Source of the DNA: Curvularia clavata
Taxonomy: Eukaryota
Assembly (NCBI GenBank): GCA_023920165.1
Contig: CP089274.1
Coordinates: forward strand, 2,914,001 to 2,978,000
Direction of reading: 5' to 3'
Length of the DNA stretch: 64,000 bases
Shown here: piece by piece, positions 12,611 to 25,592 of the stretch
Layout of the letters: the number at the start of each line of letters is the position of its first letter
How positions within the stretch are numbered: position 1 is the first letter of the stretch
The notes under the pieces: generated by a model
The model's database searches: none
Seen by the model: the letters and a program-made list of their open reading frames with translations, nothing else
What the model was told of the DNA's origin: nothing
Position numbers and translations under genes: made by a program

Positions 12611-15174
12611 ATGGAACAACTAATGCCCACTATGTCACCGGAGAAGACAAACACATACTCGGATTCGATAGTCATCGAGGACGACATCGATATGGCCTTC
12701 CACGACCCGCCCTCCTCTCCCTTTGTTGCGCATATCGAAGACGACGACCGCGAAAATGTCGCGCCAGACGCAGCACATACACCTGTCAAGCCGCTGGTCG
12801 ACTTGGATACCAATGCTCCCCAATCTACGTTCAAGGTTTCACCAGAGAAGAAATCTGTGCTCAGAGAGCGTACAAGCCCCATGAAGACTTCGCCAGTGAA
12901 GAACCTGTTGGACGATTTTGAAGGCGTCGGACGCAGCCCCAGTGCTGCAAGTCCTAAGACAAGTGTCTCACCCGTCAAAGAAGCCGCTGCAGATCGGTCT
13001 GGCTCGCCAATGAGCAGTATCTCTCGCAAAAGCCGGTCACCCTCCAAATCTTTCAACACCTCATCGCCAGAAACAGTACAGCGCAAGTTGTCGTTGGTAG
13101 ATCAAGTCCCCGAGATATCAGTCACTCCATCGAAACGGCCAGCTTCTTCTCCCCTCAAGGCGCGTGTGTTGCGCGACAATGAAGGCTTGACTGCTGCTAT
13201 GAACTTTATGGAGACACATAAGGAAAGTGGAAGTGTTAAAAGGCAAAGCCACCAGAATACCGACTTTGAGCTTGACTCGGGCTTGGACAACACAGACATG
13301 CATCCCGATGGTTTGGAAGTCACTTCGCTCGATATTGATGACACCTGCTTCAGCACATTCTCCGAGATGCCAGGAATCGACATGACCAAGTTTGCGGCTC
13401 TCAGAAATAGCCCAACAAAGCAGGATGCGCTGGATGTACGTACATCACATACACAATCACCAAGTGCCAATGCTAACAAGTCCAACAGGCTACACCACGC
13501 CCTCGTGCTCAGATGACACCTTCCACTGTTCGCCGCACCGAACAAACGCCCAGCCCTACACCACGCCGAACCTACAAAGATAACGATACAACAAACTTGC
13601 TCTTGGACTTTACGGCTCAGATTGAGTCTTTTTCGAGCTCCCGCAGCGGTTCTTCCGGTCGTTCGCAAACGTCACCTAGCAAGTCTAGCAAGGAATCAAG
13701 TCTCCGGTCCTATTATCAGAATCAGCGATCGCCCGCTAAGGGTGGAGCGAATGTACCTGCGACACCAAACCAGAGCCGTCAAATGCTCAACCTCTTGGAT
13801 TTTGAGCTACCTCCGCCACCAACACCCCGATCCCTGCCGACGGTGACTATCAGAGAACTAGAGTCTGTCAAGTCTCAATTCCAGTCCCAGATATCATCAC
13901 TTACCGCCAGTTTGTCAGGAAAAGAGGCTGAAATTGAGGCACTTTCCAGGGCTATCTCGGATGCTGAGCGCCGTGTGGGCGAAGCACAGGAAACTGTACG
14001 TGAGGAGCGTTCCGCTCGCGAGTATGCCGAGACCCAGATGGTGGATTGGAAATCAAAGGGTGAAGAGGTCCAGAGGCTGCTGCAGGATGTCCAAGCTGAG
14101 ATGGCTCGCAACGACGCCGAGCGTGAGGAACTGTATGCCAGGTTGGCCGAAGCCGAGAAGCGTGCTGAAGATGCCGAAAACCGATCTTCTGAACTAGAGA
14201 CGAAGGTCATCGAAGCTGAGAGCAAGAACGTAGACATGACGACCTTTATCAGCAATGATGAGGCTGGCGACAAGAAGATTTACTCTGAACTCGAATGTCA
14301 GGCCGCCATTGCCGAAAAGGTCAATGAAGTTGCACGCGACCTCCACACAGCTTACAAGGCTAAGCACGAGAAGAAGATCAAGGCACTGAAGGACAACTAC
14401 CAGCGGAAGGCTGATGAACGATGCAAAGAACTCAAGCTGCAGATCGTGGGACTCGAACGCCAAGTAGAAGAAGCAGAGAAGAAGCGCGATAACACTTTAT
14501 CCAAGGCTGATTCCGGACAAGTTGATGGCGGTGAGACCCAAGGAGCATCACCCTCAAAATCTATACGGAACGCGGAAGACGCTCAGATGCTCGAGGCACA
14601 GAGAGCCGAGATTGAAAACCTCAAGGCTAAACTCGCGGGTCTGCAGTCTGAACTCAGGTCGCTTCGCAAGTCACACGACGCTCTTCAGGAAGACTTGGAG
14701 GCAGAGCGAGTTGAGAAGGGTGAACTGGTAGCGGCAGCTGAGCAGATGTTGTCCATGTGCGGAGAGAAGATGGAGGAACTACAACAAGAAGACTTGCGCC
14801 GGTCACAGATGAGCTCAGAACCACGGGCAGCACCTCAACAACAGCAGCAGCAACCACAACCACAACCACAACCAGCTGCACCTCAGCAGCCAACAGGTTA
14901 TCAGCGCGCGCCTCCACAGCAGCAAGCTATGCGCAATACGGGCTTCCTTGCCGGCGCTCCCCCACGTCCCGGATCAGCCCTTGGAAGTGGACGCCCGGGA
15001 GCTATGCACGAGCGCAACGGCAGTAGCAGTAGCAACGTGGGCAAGCCATCTGGGCTGCGGGCTCCAGGCGCTGGTCTCAAGTACCAGCCTGCGAGTGGGT
15101 TGAACCGCAGCACGAGCGGGGGCAAGAGCCGGCTCATGTCGAATATTGAGCGCATGGGAGGCGGAAAGGAGTAG
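12611..15174 (+). CDS. Fungal TACC / Slk19-Alp7-like coiled-coil spindle or kinetochore protein (~836 aa)
   Basis: Exons 12611-13435 and 13489-15174 (GTACGT..GCTAAC..CAG, phase 0). S/T-P-rich N-terminal half, long coiled coil, EKVNEVARDLHTAYKAKHEKKIKALK resembling the fungal TACC signature, Q-rich tail. The start may be 12623 or 12632. Confidence 0.75.
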
Positions 15175-18100
15175 AATGCCTGGCCCGCTCCTAGCGTTGT
15201 TCCTATAAGAAATAGTGTTGTAGATGGTGGTGCTGTCGAGGAGGCTCGATACGAGAGGGTTGGTTTTGGCAAATTTGGGTATGGGGGACAACGATGATGA
15301 CGGTGTATAGCGGCTTGAACTTTTTTTCTTTTTCCTTTCTTTCTTTGTGGGATCTGGACTTGATGGAAAAGATACGAAATCATGTGGTTACTTGTTGGAC
15401 GCAAAGACGCATGTCATGGTATTGGGTTGTCTTGATTAGGGAAGAAAGACTGGCATCATCATGGTCTTGTCTGCAATCGGGCGTTGTATTGGAGTTGTGG
15501 TTTTGACTAAAATGATTCCTCGATTTTTGAGAATCATTGTAAATTATTATCTTGTTTCTTCTTTTTACCTTTTTTTTTAAACTCCCTCGTGTTTCCGGCC
15601 GTGTGAATATACAGTCATTTCAACAAGAGTACTTGTCATCTTCCAACTTGATGACCCGTAATTCTTCATTTCTCGTATTTCTCTTTCTATCCACCTGTCA
15701 TCATACTTTTTTTCCTTCGCCCTCCCCTTCGTTTCCCACAACAATCTCCCGACCACGTACTATGTACATGTGGGGATGTAGTCCATAGTTTGTACACGGG
15801 CTGATCCATGTTCTTAGTCTCTCGCACTTATATATCCACAGAGTAATCCAATCAAATTAAGCATCACGTTCTGCTATCATCTATCTGTTGCAAGGTCGGA
15901 CCGAAACGGGAAGGCGTAGACAGCGGATCCTGGGTAGTGTGGAGGTGGGCTTGGTGGACATACATGCTAGTATGTAGGACATGAGGAACTAGGATGGAAA
16001 AGAGAGATGGAGGAAACCAGTTTGACGCTTTACAAAAACTGTCCTTTTCTGGCTCTAGTATTAGGGTAGTTGGTCGCGTGTGTCATGTCTCTTTGCCCAG
16101 GACCGCCGACAGACTCGGTTCCGCTGGAATGGGAGCGGGAGGGATGGAGTAAGCGGCACAGGGCGGGTTAGGTAGGCAATGGTGGGTGGGGGCTAGAGGG
16201 TGGTCTGGTTGTTTTGTATTGCTGTAGCCAGTGCACGTGGTGTCATTGGAAGTAGTATTTTTGGATCAAAAGAGATCTTTGTTATGGGGACAAAATCGAG
16301 GCACATGGACGTGCTAATCCCATCTCGTCACGGAGGTGGCACATGTATAGGGTTTACAATCAAACCCACATCAGTAGCAGTGTCTAGAGCAAGCTCATTA
16401 CAGTAGATCAGGGCCAATCTGGAACCGCACTCTGGAAGACATCGGAAGACATGGATGGCGAGCCGGGGCTGATGATCGTCAGTAGGGGTCTAATACCCCT
16501 GTAGACCTTGTTTCAGAGGTCGGGGGCAAGATTTGGAGCTCATCTCCCGCCGGTGTGGGGGAAACGAGCGCAATTTTCAACGAGCCGGTATTGTAGTCTC
16601 AGGCAAAAATGTGGGTAGGCATGAGGTAAGAAAAATTTGAAGTGGCAATCTCGTCTCGGTGGCCGATCGGCAGAGTGATGGTGGTGTTAGAATCTAATTC
16701 AAAGGCGCCAAGTCGACGTTGAGGCGTACATACTCTACAATGTATGGTACATGCTGGCTATTGGCTGGAAGGTACGTGGTATGATGCAGCTGTGGCACAC
16801 ATTGAACAGTCCCCGCTGGATGGCGAGATGCGGGCCGGAGGTGAGGTGAGACGTAAACCGCAACGGGTGAAGACGGAGGAAAAGACTCGAAGGCAATGCT
16901 TTTTTGTTGTATTGTAGACCTCTGGTCCAGTTGAGCAAGCCGTGGTATGAGGAAGAATGGCTGTATCATTATCCACCACGGCGAGAAGGTGATCATTCGT
17001 CATCGGCGCTTGAATAAGCGAGATTTTTTTCCTGTGGTACCGGACAAGTGGCGGATGTTGAGGGCTAGACAAAGAACCCGTCGTGTCAGGGTGGGCCAGG
17101 CTAGACGTTAAACTTTAAAAGCCGAACCACAACTCCAAGTGTAACGGAGCGTTGGGCATGGCGGGACTTGTCAAGGCGTATTAGCATGGGCAGGATGAGA
17201 ACTAGTCGTGTCGCAGGGCTGCGAGGCATCGATGGTTGTCAAAGGGCAATTTGGCAAGGGCGTGTGGTGAGGATGAAACCATGGATCAGAGGGCCTTGCA
17301 ATTTCCCTCGTAGCTGGGGTAGATGGGTGAGGTCATGGCTGCGTGGAAAAAGTAAGGAAGGACAGACGGGAGCGACTGGATTGGATCGGGGGTGGTGGCC
17401 TGTGCACACAGGGCTGGACGGTTGTTTGGGAGGCAGGCGTGGAGCAAGGTGGTGGTCGAGGGTGCTCTTACCCTACTGCAGCAGTTCACCGACGACTCAA
17501 TGCCTGGAGGCGGAAGGGCCAGCAAACGTCGCTGCCCGGACACGGTTCGTATATGGGTATATTTGTATGAATATGCATCTAAACCGGAGCAGCAAGCACT
17601 ATCAGCAACATTAGTAGTAGCACCAGGACGAGGACAAAGGGGCCGGGCAAGCGCAGGCAGCCACTCGAGGCCATGACACACGGGCAGCATGGCCGAATAA
17701 AGGTTATGTAGACGACATGAGCGTCATGGCAGGAGCACGGGGCTGGTGTGGGCTGAGGACGCGACTCGGGGCTTGCAAGTCAGTGACGAGGGCGGCAGCT
17801 CACAAAGGGTCAGCAGGAGGTGGCGTGTGTAGGCGAGAAGTGTGACAGCAGAAACAAAGCAGGCCAAGGCTGTGATGGGCAGTGGTGGTACTACATGGAG
17901 GAGCAGGCGGGCAGGTTGCACGGGATGTCGTGGAATGGTAGAGGAGAGGGGATGCCGGCAGGCGGTTAGGCCAGGGGAACCGATAAAAGTCTACCGGGAC
18001 CGGGGCCACGGGTGATTCGTTCGCTTCATTGTGCGTGCCGGGTCTAGCGCCCTCAGGCTCCTGTTCCTTGGGCAGGCTGATGCTGAGGGCGTGCCGATGG

Positions 18101-19171
18101 TGCTGTTGCGGTTGCTGTCACGGGAGATATGCAAGGCGATTGGCTGGTCAAAGGCCAAAAGAAACACAGCTGAGGTACTCGTCGGAGAAGAAGAGCAGCG
18201 CGCGCAGAACAAGCAACGTCGGGCGGCCGGGCCATGTCGGGGAGATGCAAGGTACCGCCGGGCGCTGATTGGTGGCGGCGCCTTTACGCGGGCGCCACCA
18301 AAATGCCTTGCTGCGACTGCGACTGTTGCTGCTGTGCTGCTCTAGGGGATGCGGGAGCCTGTCCTCCGACAGCTGCAGTCACGGGGCGAGTCAGCACGCA
18401 GAGAGGCAACGCGACGCAACGCAACGAGAACGTTTGAACACGACTGCAGCGGCGCCTCCCTGCCCAACCGCCCTGCCAGGTCGTCGTGGGCGCGCGGGGC
18501 GCCTTCCGGTAGGCGCCTTGTCGATAGCAGAGGCAAGAGCAGGCGCCAAATGAGCCACACGTGGCCCCGGCGCCCCGGCGCCCATGCGCGGCACGGAAAT
18601 TGGCCTAGTCCCAATTCCACCCTTGCCCTCGCTCGCTCTTGGCGCTGCTCGACGCGCCCAGTGCCCGTCACTCCCCCAGAGCAAAAACTGTCCAATACCC
18701 ACGCCGACCCGCTTCTCGTGCCCTCTCTTCGGTCGTCGGGAGATCTGCTTGCTGCTTTCCTTTGCTCTCTTCTTCACGCCGCACTTCGCTGCGCGCCTGT
18801 GCATCCGCTCCTTTGCCCACGTCTGCTCCATCCCCTCGACTCACGCTCCTTAGCCCTTTTTTAATCTATTGTTTATACTTGACGTCCCTGCTTTCACCCC
18901 CGTGCCCACAGCACGCACGCTCCTATTCCGCATCCACAGAGAAAGAGAAGGAAAAGAGACCACCAGTCCTCACCACACGCACGAGACGAGATAACATCAA
19001 CAAGAAAAAAAAATCCCTCTCACGGCCGTACTCTCCTCGCTACATGTTGGCACCTGCTGCTTCGCGCCCGACTAGACTCACCCTCACTCTCACCCTCCTC
19101 GCTCCTTCCGCCTAGCGACGATTGGTCAGCCTGCACCACCTTCCATACAACCAGCGTAATCGCTGCCAGCA

Positions 19172-19278
19172 GTAAGACACCGCTTCCAACTCTGTTGCTG
19201 CAACACACTCAAACGCTGCCCACTGTCGGCGTGCCGTGTGCTGCGCTGCCCCCCACACAGCCTGCTAATACCTACCAG
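19172..19278 (+). other. Probable 5'-UTR intron of the downstream 1224-aa gene
   Basis: GTAAGA donor at 19172, GCTAAT branch at 19264, CAG ending 19278, 6 nt before ATG19285 (CACCATG context). Confidence 0.6.
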
Positions 19279-19284
19279 GACACC

Positions 19285-22200
19285 ATGAACCGCTGGCTGA
19301 ACAGGAAGAAGGATGGCGGCGACGATGTGTCCAACGGAAAGAAAGGCAAAAAGGGCAAAAAGGGTCAGGAGGAAGAACCAAAGCCAGAGTTCGATCTCAA
19401 CACAGTACTGCCAAAAGCAGACGACTTCCGCACCAGCTTGATCCTGCCCAGTCTGTCCACGCGCTTCAGCATGCTGAAAGAGCAGGATGACCCTTCATCC
19501 TTGCTAGGCAAGGCGAGCGACGATAGCGTGCTCCAACCCAAACGTCAATCCCGTCTCCACGAGTTTGGTTTCGTTCCCGGAGGCCTCTCCGACATTGCCG
19601 AAGTATCCTCGCTCCACAGTTCCGTCAACCGTCCGTCTACATCTGTCGCTGAACCCAGAGAGTCGATCCACAGCGGCAAAGAAGAGGAAGGCTTTACCAG
19701 TGTCATGAGCCGTGCAAGGCCCGGTGAGGGCAACATCCTGTTTGGTGGACGTCAGAAGATTTACGTCATTTCGAATACAAACTCAAAAGGCACTGGACGC
19801 ACACTCTATGACGACGACGTCAACCTCTCAGCATATCAACGCCTACGACTGGAAGAAAAGGAGCGTATACGGAAGCAGGCAGAGGAGGAAGACGAGAAAG
19901 AATACGAAGACGAGAGTCAGCCCTCGGAACCTTCCAGCCCCACAGAGCTCAGTCGGAAGAGGGAGACTACGTCTTCCACAAATTCTGGTCCCTCCAATAC
20001 ACGCACCTCGACTGCCGCAACTTCCATAGCCTCTCAAGGCGCCAACGCGGTTCCCGCCTCATCGGCCCCTGCCACCTCCCCAGATCTGAGCCGGTCCACC
20101 ACCAAGCGACGATTATACGATCAGGGCTTGGACCAACAAATCCAAGACCAACAATCTTCAGCTATGAACCGTCTCAACTCAATACAGCGGGCTCGTGCGC
20201 CCACAACAGGACGCTCAACACCGCCCATCCCCATGGGTCACGCACGGTCGGCAACAAATCTCCATGATCGCTTCGCTCGAGGCCCTGGTCTCCGCTCAGA
20301 AAGCCCCAACGCCTCAGGCCACCCTGGTATGACCCGAACCAACTCGTCTGGTCCAACTAGCCCTGTTCTCTCTCGCCCACAATCGCCTCCATTGGTCAGC
20401 CCAGTGGCTAGCGATGCTAGCGACGCACAGTCCCTCATTGCTGCCCTCCAGCCAAACGACCGGGGCAAGGCCACTGCCATGGGCACCTTCAACAAGCCAA
20501 AGGAGGCTTTCAGCGAAGAACAGTATGCTGAGCGCCTGCGTCAGCTCAACCAAGACAGCCGTGCGCGCGAGTCGCCAGTAACAGGTGCTGCAAAATCTAT
20601 GCCTCGCAAGCCCTCGTTACGAGAGCGTGCCGAACAAGAGTTGAGGAAGAGATCTGAAAGCGACGCAAAGGACAAGCCGAGACCTGAATCGCCACCAGAG
20701 CCAACCCCGGCAGCAAATGCCTTTTCCAGATTCCAGGCTGCCGCCAACCAGATGAGAGTTGCAGGCCAAGCAGCTGCAGGTGCACAGCCAAAGCAGAAGC
20801 TTCCCGAGAAACCCCGGGATGAATGTACAAAAACTACCTTCTTCACTTCGCCAGATTCGAGTGATGATGAGCAAGGTCAACAAGAAGTGGGACAACGACA
20901 ACAAGAGGCTGTAAAGCCAGTTGTGACTCGTCCCCAGGGACTTGCCCGTCGTTTTGACAATCTCCCCGTTGCAACCGGCCCTGCACCGCCAATGTTTGAG
21001 CATCCCGCACTTCGCTCGCGTGCCCCATCACATGAAGATGTTAAAAAGCCAGGTCTTGTGACTCAAGCCTCCCGTCCAGACACGGAGTCTTCCACGCTGA
21101 ATGTTGCAGAGGACGACTCTCCCACCCTTGGTCCTCAGAATGGGGGACTTAGTGGCTTGATTCGCCAGCACCTGCGAAACACCAGCAATGTCTCGTCGAC
21201 TTATGGCGAGCCTGGACCGCCTGTCATGAGCCCGCCGGTGGATTCGGCCTTTCAGGACAACGACTATGGTCTGCAACGCAAGCAGCCAGAGTCCGAGTCT
21301 GTCACCCCTGTTCCGTCAGATTCTACCCATTCCAACCCATGGGACCTTGACGACATTGGTAACCCACACCGTGAGGACCACGGCGCTGCTAAAGCATCAA
21401 GTCCCATTGAGGGGTCCACCAGAATCAGGCCTCTTATCATGAGTACTTCTGAGCACCACAACAATGGCCCCTCTCAGTGGGACCTCACACCTCGCAGGAA
21501 CCATGAGAGAGTTGCTAGCAACGAGACGGAAGCTGAGCATGAGGCCTTCCAGCGAGACCTTGCTCACAGGCAGCGTCTGATCCAAGAAAGTCTTCGTGCA
21601 AAGGCCGAAGGACGGTCACCAAGTCCTGGGCCTGGTGCCGGACCGGGCCCGTCTGGAGGATTGAAGAACGCTTTGAACATGCTTCGTGCAAAGTCAAACG
21701 GTGATGCATTTGCTACCGTCGACTCGTCTAACAAGTCGGTGAGGAAGCTTGCGCTTGGTGGATCTGCAGCAAATGCTAGCAGCACTTCGCTTGCAGGTAT
21801 GCAAGGTCCAGAGGTACCACCACTACGGCCCAAGCCGTCCCGTATCCTGCAGCAGAGTGAGCAGGATGCACAGCGGGAACTCGAGAACCGACAACGTTCA
21901 GCAACAGACAGCAGCCGAACGGGCCGCCCCGTAGGTAGATCACAACCGGTTTCCACTCGGAGCTCAACCCGAGAACGCTCCAGCTCTGGCACCTCATCAG
22001 GACGCTCCCGTAGCCGTGGAGGCCATTACCGTGACGATCTAGAGCAGGCTATGGTTGAAGGGTCTCGAGCTGCATACCCTCCCAACACTTTCCCTTCGCT
22101 TCCGGGATACGTTGCAAATCCTACGCCACCATTACCCGCTGGAAAGACGTCGTTGGACTCTGAGGGTCGCACGCGCTCAAGGAGCAATAGCAAGCTTTCT

Positions 22201-22959
22201 GCGTCCAACTACTTCGAGTCAAAGCACGTCCACCCCATTCAAACCAACCTGGCACCGGGCCAGAACTCGCGATTCCCGCCTCAACAGGGCAAGCTATCAC
22301 CTGGGCTACCAATCTCACCTCGACCCTCGCCAGGCGTTTACAGCAACCACAGTGGTCAGGGCTACTCGCATCCCAGCTCCCCAATGCCTCCGTTTGCCAA
22401 CAGTCATACGCCTCCTGTCTCAAATCCCACTACGCCAAATCCAACGACACCTAATGCTCCTGCCTTCAACCCAAGCACTGTGCAACCAATCAACAGACAG
22501 GGAGTCTTGCGGAAGAAGTCTATTGCCAAATCAGATATCTCGGAGCCTGTGTTTATCTCAACAACGTCTGTGATTGACACGATTGATCTTCCCCCCGGTG
22601 CATCTCTCAAGAACGGCAGCGACCCCGACGCGCCGCCTGTTCCACCCATCAACCCCATGAGGCGGCGATTTGGGTTTGGTCGTGGTGAGAGTTCGGACCC
22701 TGCTGTGCAGCCTGGTATGGATAGCCCGCGCGCACCTTTCGCTGAGCCTCTTCGCACAGGCTCGGCCGATGGACTGGCTGAATTTTCTCACCCACCACCC
22801 AGAAATGGACTGAGGAAGGCTACAAGTGAGGGCAGGAGTCTGCGTGGAGTAGCCCAAAGCCAGCTGGGACCATCTCCGCCCGTGCCACAGAACGGCTTCC
22901 CCGGACGCAACGACTCTCCTCCACGTGGTCAACGGCCCATTGAGGGTGCCATGTTCTAA
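19285..22959 (+). CDS. Large, largely disordered hypothetical protein (1224 aa)
   Basis: Uninterrupted 3.7-kb ORF with ATG in CACCATG context. Basic N-terminus, ordered-looking blocks DFRTSLILPSLSTRFSMLKEQDDP and GEGNILFGGRQKIY, and C-terminal LRKKSIAKSDISEP. Confidence 0.85.
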   Translation: MNRWLNRKKDGGDDVSNGKKGKKGKKGQEEEPKPEFDLNTVLPKADDFRTSLILPSLSTRFSMLKEQDDPSSLLGKASDDSVLQPKRQSRLHEFGFVPGGLSDIAEVSSLHSSVNRPSTSVAEPRESIHSGKEEEGFTSVMSRARPGEGNILFGGRQKIYVISNTNSKGTGRTLYDDDVNLSAYQRLRLEEKERIRKQAEEEDEKEYEDESQPSEPSSPTELSRKRETTSSTNSGPSNTRTSTAATSIASQGANAVPASSAPATSPDLSRSTTKRRLYDQGLDQQIQDQQSSAMNRLNSIQRARAPTTGRSTPPIPMGHARSATNLHDRFARGPGLRSESPNASGHPGMTRTNSSGPTSPVLSRPQSPPLVSPVASDASDAQSLIAALQPNDRGKATAMGTFNKPKEAFSEEQYAERLRQLNQDSRARESPVTGAAKSMPRKPSLRERAEQELRKRSESDAKDKPRPESPPEPTPAANAFSRFQAAANQMRVAGQAAAGAQPKQKLPEKPRDECTKTTFFTSPDSSDDEQGQQEVGQRQQEAVKPVVTRPQGLARRFDNLPVATGPAPPMFEHPALRSRAPSHEDVKKPGLVTQASRPDTESSTLNVAEDDSPTLGPQNGGLSGLIRQHLRNTSNVSSTYGEPGPPVMSPPVDSAFQDNDYGLQRKQPESESVTPVPSDSTHSNPWDLDDIGNPHREDHGAAKASSPIEGSTRIRPLIMSTSEHHNNGPSQWDLTPRRNHERVASNETEAEHEAFQRDLAHRQRLIQESLRAKAEGRSPSPGPGAGPGPSGGLKNALNMLRAKSNGDAFATVDSSNKSVRKLALGGSAANASSTSLAGMQGPEVPPLRPKPSRILQQSEQDAQRELENRQRSATDSSRTGRPVGRSQPVSTRSSTRERSSSGTSSGRSRSRGGHYRDDLEQAMVEGSRAAYPPNTFPSLPGYVANPTPPLPAGKTSLDSEGRTRSRSNSKLSASNYFESKHVHPIQTNLAPGQNSRFPPQQGKLSPGLPISPRPSPGVYSNHSGQGYSHPSSPMPPFANSHTPPVSNPTTPNPTTPNAPAFNPSTVQPINRQGVLRKKSIAKSDISEPVFISTTSVIDTIDLPPGASLKNGSDPDAPPVPPINPMRRRFGFGRGESSDPAVQPGMDSPRAPFAEPLRTGSADGLAEFSHPPPRNGLRKATSEGRSLRGVAQSQLGPSPPVPQNGFPGRNDSPPRGQRPIEGAMF

Positions 22960-25592
22960 ATGGCGTGCCTCGAGTAATGTGTGGGTCCTCTCTGGCATAT
23001 TTTCCTTTCTCACCAGATGGATTCTTCTTCTCTTCTCATATCTTGTCTTTTTAGTCTACTCTTTCATTTCACCTTACCCTTCTTTCTGCCTGCGGCCGAC
23101 AGCTTTACGCTTGCTCGTCTGTATGACGAAGCCCCTTTTTTTTTCCTTATACTTTCCCTACCTCTATTGTATTTTCGGTCTGCCATGTCTGTGACCACGG
23201 CGTTTTTTTTGTTAGGTTGTTTCCTTTACTTTTCCCTTTAGCACCATCTTCGCGATATACCTCTCGATTCTATACTTTTTTCCGGTGCAAAGACCTGTTT
23301 CATGACGGACGAAGGGATCGGGCTAGACTGCGACCCGGCACCGGGCTGGACACGGTGTTAGTAGAGGTTCGCAATCGCTTCACGCAAGTTTCGAGGGCAC
23401 TTGATCTGAGCAGGATCGGGAGGCACCTTGAATGTTCATCCAAGTCGAAAAATATACTGCTGGCCGCCAACAAGCTCGCCATGTCGGCTTCCTGTAAAAT
23501 CAATTTCGTGTTTGCTAGTGGGTTGTGTCTGTCACTTAGGCGGCGGCTGTAGCGTTCAATAAAACGAAGTACCATGTATTGTTGCTGAGGAGAAGGACAC
23601 TCGTGTGTGATGAATAGGCGTTGGGCGGGTCGTGCAAAGACCACTAGTGAGCTGTTGCAAAGCCAAGGGTTCACGGGGCTTCTCCACATGTGGGGAGTTC
23701 AACCAGAGTTGGAGTCTGTACACCGTGCAAAGCTTGTTTGTTTGCTCATTTGTTTGTTTTGTGTTGACAAAGTGTATACAGGGGGGGGAAGAAGAAGATC
23801 TCAATGTCAGCAAAGACATGGCTGGGTATGTCCCTGGCCTGGGTCATCACGTGCTGGCTCTAGCAAGTCCCGACGCAATGCCGAAGTCGTGTGCTTATCT
23901 GCCGTTGGCATCGCATCGCTCCAGACATGAAGAAGCAAATACGACAGCCCTGCAAAGCTGAAATGAGACGAGACCAGATCGGTGGCAGGTAGCCTGGAAT
24001 GCTCTCCATTAACCCGCAACACACTTGATTCATGGGCCCGTGTTTCAGCCGTTGCTCGGCGCGCAAGCTGACATGGCCCGTGCACAGGAATCGAGAACGG
24101 CATTCTTACCAACGGGCGTCGACGGCATCAACGCGCTGCCTTCACCTTGGGCCAGAGCTCGACATGCATCCGAGGATTACGCAGGGGCACACAGTGCAGG
24201 GACAATCGCAATGAATTCGAGATGATGCTAGCAGCAGGCAATTAATAGGAGAACAGCAGAGAAAGCAACTTTGACGAGCAAGGGGCATTTAAGGTGGGGT
24301 CTATCGATACGCCAGTTCGCGACCAGGCATCCATCGCGTACCTGCATCTCCACTTCTCTTAGCCGCGTCCTCTTTAGCTACTCTTGTCTGTGCAGATAAC
24401 ACAACAAAAGCAGACACCTACCGTCAATGTCAATGCAATCATTTTACCATGTGCCGACATTGCTATGACGAGCCGCTCAACCAAATCGCACAAACCACAT
24501 CGTCTGAGGTAAGCCTTGGCCGCCCGGCCAATTGTTCGAGAAGCACCGTCGGCCAGCACCTCCGCCACATGGTCGTCTGCTTTGGACCCCGCCACTCCAG
24601 CAGCCTCGTATCTTGGAAGTGGATGCTTCTGTCTCAAAACTACCCCATTCCCGTGCAGCATTCCTTGGTGCATGCAAGAGATACCGCACACAGTAGCAAA
24701 AGCAATCTGTCATAGAAAAAAGTAATCACGGAGCTTGCCGATGCACCCGTTTTCCCCAACCGTCACAGACTTCTTTCTTTTTCTTTCAACCCTTTCAGCC
24801 GAGCAGGAGCGCAGGTTCCCGGCCCGCAAGTGCTGCATGCATTTCCACTCTGCTCATGTTATTCCCACTGCCAAATCATCAATCAACGCTCCCAAAGTGC
24901 GACTATTGTCAGCGAAGACCCCAGCTCCACTTGCCAGGGCCGCTAACTACTTTAGTGCGAAGATGCCGCGACGAGCCAAACCTTAACAGTGCCCTGAGCT
25001 TGCTTGCCCCCGACTTCCCAGCTGCCAAGTGCTTACGCTGTCTGCGTTTATGACAAGTAATTCGGTCTAATACAGGCGTTTGCTTCCGTCGTGAGCTTTA
25101 CATCATAGCACAACCTCAATTGCGCGCATCCAGCAGTCAAGACAATTTCGAGCAAAGACAGCATGGCGTCCGAGTCGCAGCTGGCTGAGACGTGGAAGCA
25201 TGAACCTTGGGACAATGCGCCACTGAGAACCGTCACCTGCGCCAACAAAGACTCAAAACAACCGCTACCCCTGGTGTCGATCCCTGCAAGTTGACCTTAC
25301 TCTCGATTTCGCCGAGCCACTATTGCTGCCGATACCACCTCTTGGTCGAGTTAATCGTGGAGGTGCCGGCCCTTTGCGTAAACCTTACCTTACCCCTTCC
25401 ACTCCCTTCTCAGTTTAGCTCCCCACCCTCTGTATATCTTAATAAGGTCCCTCTTTCCCTTCTCCAATTCTTCAGTGGCATTCGACTCCATCTTACTTTT
25501 TTGCGCAAATATCCTCTGTGATCCCATTCCAGTCAATCCTTAATAACACCACCACTTTACCGCAAACCACCAACCCACCCACCAAAACAAAC

